Shown piece after piece: positions 60,546 to 64,000 of a stretch of DNA of 64,000 nt. Origin of the DNA: an uncultured delta proteobacterium (lineage in GTDB: Bacteria > Desulfobacterota > Desulfuromonadia > Desulfuromonadales > BM103); NCBI GenBank assembly GCA_963715335.1, contig CAVQRZ010000029.1, positions 38,385-102,384 of the forward strand. The letters run 5' to 3'. The stretch's first letter is position 1. Every line of letters starts with the position of its first letter. Made by a program: the position numbers and the translations under genes. The notes under the pieces are model-generated. The model was given only the letters and a program-made list of their open reading frames with translations, made no database searches and was not told where the DNA came from.

Positions 60546-61085
60546 TCACGATTGACGTTCCAGCAGGGCAATCCGCAGGGTCTGGTCGCCGCAACTCAAC
60601 CAAAGGGTTCCGTCCTGCAGCGTACACTGCAGCTGCATGCTGCGCTGCACCAGACCGGCCAGCTCGCGGCTGGTTGCCTCAGGGACTTCCAGCACCCTGA
60701 GGTTGGCGAAGCGTTGCAGCTTGCCGGCGTTACGCTGCCACCAGAGCTCGGCGGTACGGCCGCCATAAAGATAGAGACAGACCCGGGCCGCCCGGCTGCA
60801 GGCCTTGCGTACCCGCCGTTCATCAGGCAGGCCGACATCGATCCAGAGCTCGATCTCGTTGGTCAAATTCTTCTGCCAGAGGTCCGGTTCGTCGTCGACG
60901 CACAGCCCCCTGGTGAAACTCAGCTGCTCATCGGCGTGCAGGATGAAGGCCAGCAGGCGCACCATCATGCGTTCGTCGGTCTCCGAAGGGTGGCGGGCCA
61001 AAGTCAGCTGGTGCTCGCCGTAGTAGTGGCGGTCCAGATCGGAGATCTGCAGGCTGGCTTTGAAAATGGTGGCGGTCAGGGCCAT
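60546..61085 (-). CDS. yaeQ: YaeQ family protein
   Basis: MALTATIFK, ARHPSETDERMMVRLLA, DEPDLW, WIDVG. Confidence 0.93.
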   Translation of the reverse strand: MALTATIFKASLQISDLDRHYYGEHQLTLARHPSETDERMMVRLLAFILHADEQLSFTRGLCVDDEPDLWQKNLTNEIELWIDVGLPDERRVRKACSRAARVCLYLYGGRTAELWWQRNAGKLQRFANLRVLEVPEATSRELAGLVQRSMQLQCTLQDGTLWLSCGDQTLRIALLERQS

Positions 61086-61163
61086 GATAATCCTTCAGAG
61101 CTGGCAGTAATTTTCACATCCCTCGTCCCGCATTCCGCGTCCCGGAAAAAAGCTCGGCTTTTT

Positions 61164-62795
<1,632 letters not shown>

Positions 62796-62908
62796 GGGAT
62801 AAAGCGTTTCCTTGGCTATAACGTGTTGCGCCAAACAAAAAACCACAGGGCCATCCCCTGTGGTCGTTGCGAGGCGCATCTATAGCACTCTTGTCTGATC
62901 GAGACAAC

Positions 62909-63268
62909 TTATTTCGCAACCGGTTCCCCGGCCACGACGCACCGCTCGGTTTTCGCCGCCATGATGAAGTCGTTGACATGCAGCCCGGCGATCGCGTGCG
63001 TCCACCAGGCCACCGTCACCCTGCCCCACTCGGTGACGATGGCCGGATGATGGTCTGCCTGCTCGGCGATGGCGCCGATCCGGTTGGTCATGGCGAGGGC
63101 CCGGGCGAAGTTTTTGCACGAGAAGCTCTTCTCCAGGCGTTTGCTGCCGGCCACCTCCGTGATGCGCCAGCCCGGCAGCTGCGGCAGGTAGCGCGCGATC
63201 TCCTCCGGGGTCACCTGCGGGGCGCCGGCCCGGCAGGCCGCGCAGCTTTTGTCAGCCAAATCGGTCAT
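62909..63268 (-). CDS. phhB: Pterin-4-alpha-carbinolamine dehydratase
   Basis: CAAC N-terminus, DHHPAI, WWTH..GLHVNDFIMAAK. Confidence 0.9.
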   Translation of the reverse strand: MTDLADKSCAACRAGAPQVTPEEIARYLPQLPGWRITEVAGSKRLEKSFSCKNFARALAMTNRIGAIAEQADHHPAIVTEWGRVTVAWWTHAIAGLHVNDFIMAAKTERCVVAGEPVAK

Positions 63269-63270
63269 CG

Positions 63271-63672
63271 CTACTCCCAGTGATCGCCGCGACGACTGCG
63301 CAGTTCGATGTCGAGCGACTGGACCCGCCCCTGGTCGTTGATAAAGGAGCTGAGCAGCCAGCTCACCACGCTGATGATCAGCGAACCGAGCAGCGCCGAG
63401 CCGAAGCCTTCCACCACCAGGCCGCCGATCACACCCGATGTCATCATCAACAGCAACGCGTTGATCACAAAGGTGAACAGGCCCAGCGTCAGGACATTGA
63501 TCGGCAGGGTCAGGAGAATCAGGATCGGCCGGAAAAACGCATTGAGAAAGCCCAGGACCAGGGCGGCGACCAGCGCCGAGCCGAACCCGCTGACCTGGAT
63601 GCCGGGGAAGAGGTACGCCGCGACCATGATGGCAACGCACAGAACCAGCCATCTGAGCAAAAGACCTTTCAT
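63271..63672 (-). CDS. YvlD/DUF360 membrane protein (4-TMS holin-like family)
   Basis: LGFLNAFFRPIL..LTLP..LTLGLF.FVINA. Confidence 0.88.
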   Translation of the reverse strand: MKGLLLRWLVLCVAIMVAAYLFPGIQVSGFGSALVAALVLGFLNAFFRPILILLTLPINVLTLGLFTFVINALLLMMTSGVIGGLVVEGFGSALLGSLIISVVSWLLSSFINDQGRVQSLDIELRSRRGDHWE

Positions 63673-63868
63673 CTCAACACCTCCGATCCACGTTTGCAGC
63701 TTTGTGCCTATTATATCGCAATGCCGTGGGTTTTGGGGCGCTCAGCAGCACGCGGCTGTCGACGTGCCCAATCGCCGTTATCCGTTGTCCCCTGGAATGC
63801 AAAGTCCAAGGCAACCTCAGGGGTTTGCGCCGGTTGCTGTCTTATCAAGATTTTGCGTTGTAGGTCAC

Positions 63869-64000
63869 ACGGCAAGGTCAGGCCCTTTGACACAGGGCCG
63901 GATCCCATCACAACAGGTTCTTGAAGTCACAGAGATCCGGCAAAGGAGATGCCCTCCGCAAGGAGAAGGCATTTTTGCATACTTTTGTTGCCGGACAAAA
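63869..64000 (+). repeat. Third copy of the palindromic repeat module, truncated by the window end
   Basis: ATGCCCTCCGCwAGGAGAAGGCATTTTTGCATACTTTTGTTGCCGGACAAAA is nearly identical to 51306-51358. Confidence 0.88.

Noticed and set aside
63271..63672. Holin-like gene as evidence for a prophage
   Set aside because: YvlD/DUF360 proteins are common chromosomal genes, and no phage genes are nearby.

Overview
Chromosomal window from a GC-rich Desulfuromonadales/Geobacter-like deltaproteobacterium (inferred from the cbcBA locus and gene content). It holds about 55 protein genes, mostly housekeeping or envelope (queF, UvrD-type helicase, sthA, pntAB, feoABC-dmeF, nfeD-slipin, ABC-F, yaeQ). I see no rRNA, tRNA, CRISPR, transposase or prophage. 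Main points of interest: (1) a stand-alone ~200-nt multibranch RNA candidate with its own promoter and terminator at 27.8-28.1 kb that I cannot assign to a family; (2) a cbcBA quinol-oxidising cytochrome locus with two tandem sigma54 activators, the second carrying an Hsp20-like N-terminal domain instead of a receiver, and with the same UAS x3 / IHF / sigma54 promoter cassette in front of both that gene and the cbc operon; (3) a dispersed ~190-bp palindromic repeat family that conserves hairpins rather than sequence; (4) a radC-linked minor pilin/PilY1 cluster; (5) an anti-Shine-Dalgarno sRNA candidate and an unlisted 52-aa ORF. Nine apparent single-base frameshifts are present, six of them within 37.7-41.1 kb; they are probably long-read consensus errors. 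All assignments come from reading motifs by eye; no searches were run.
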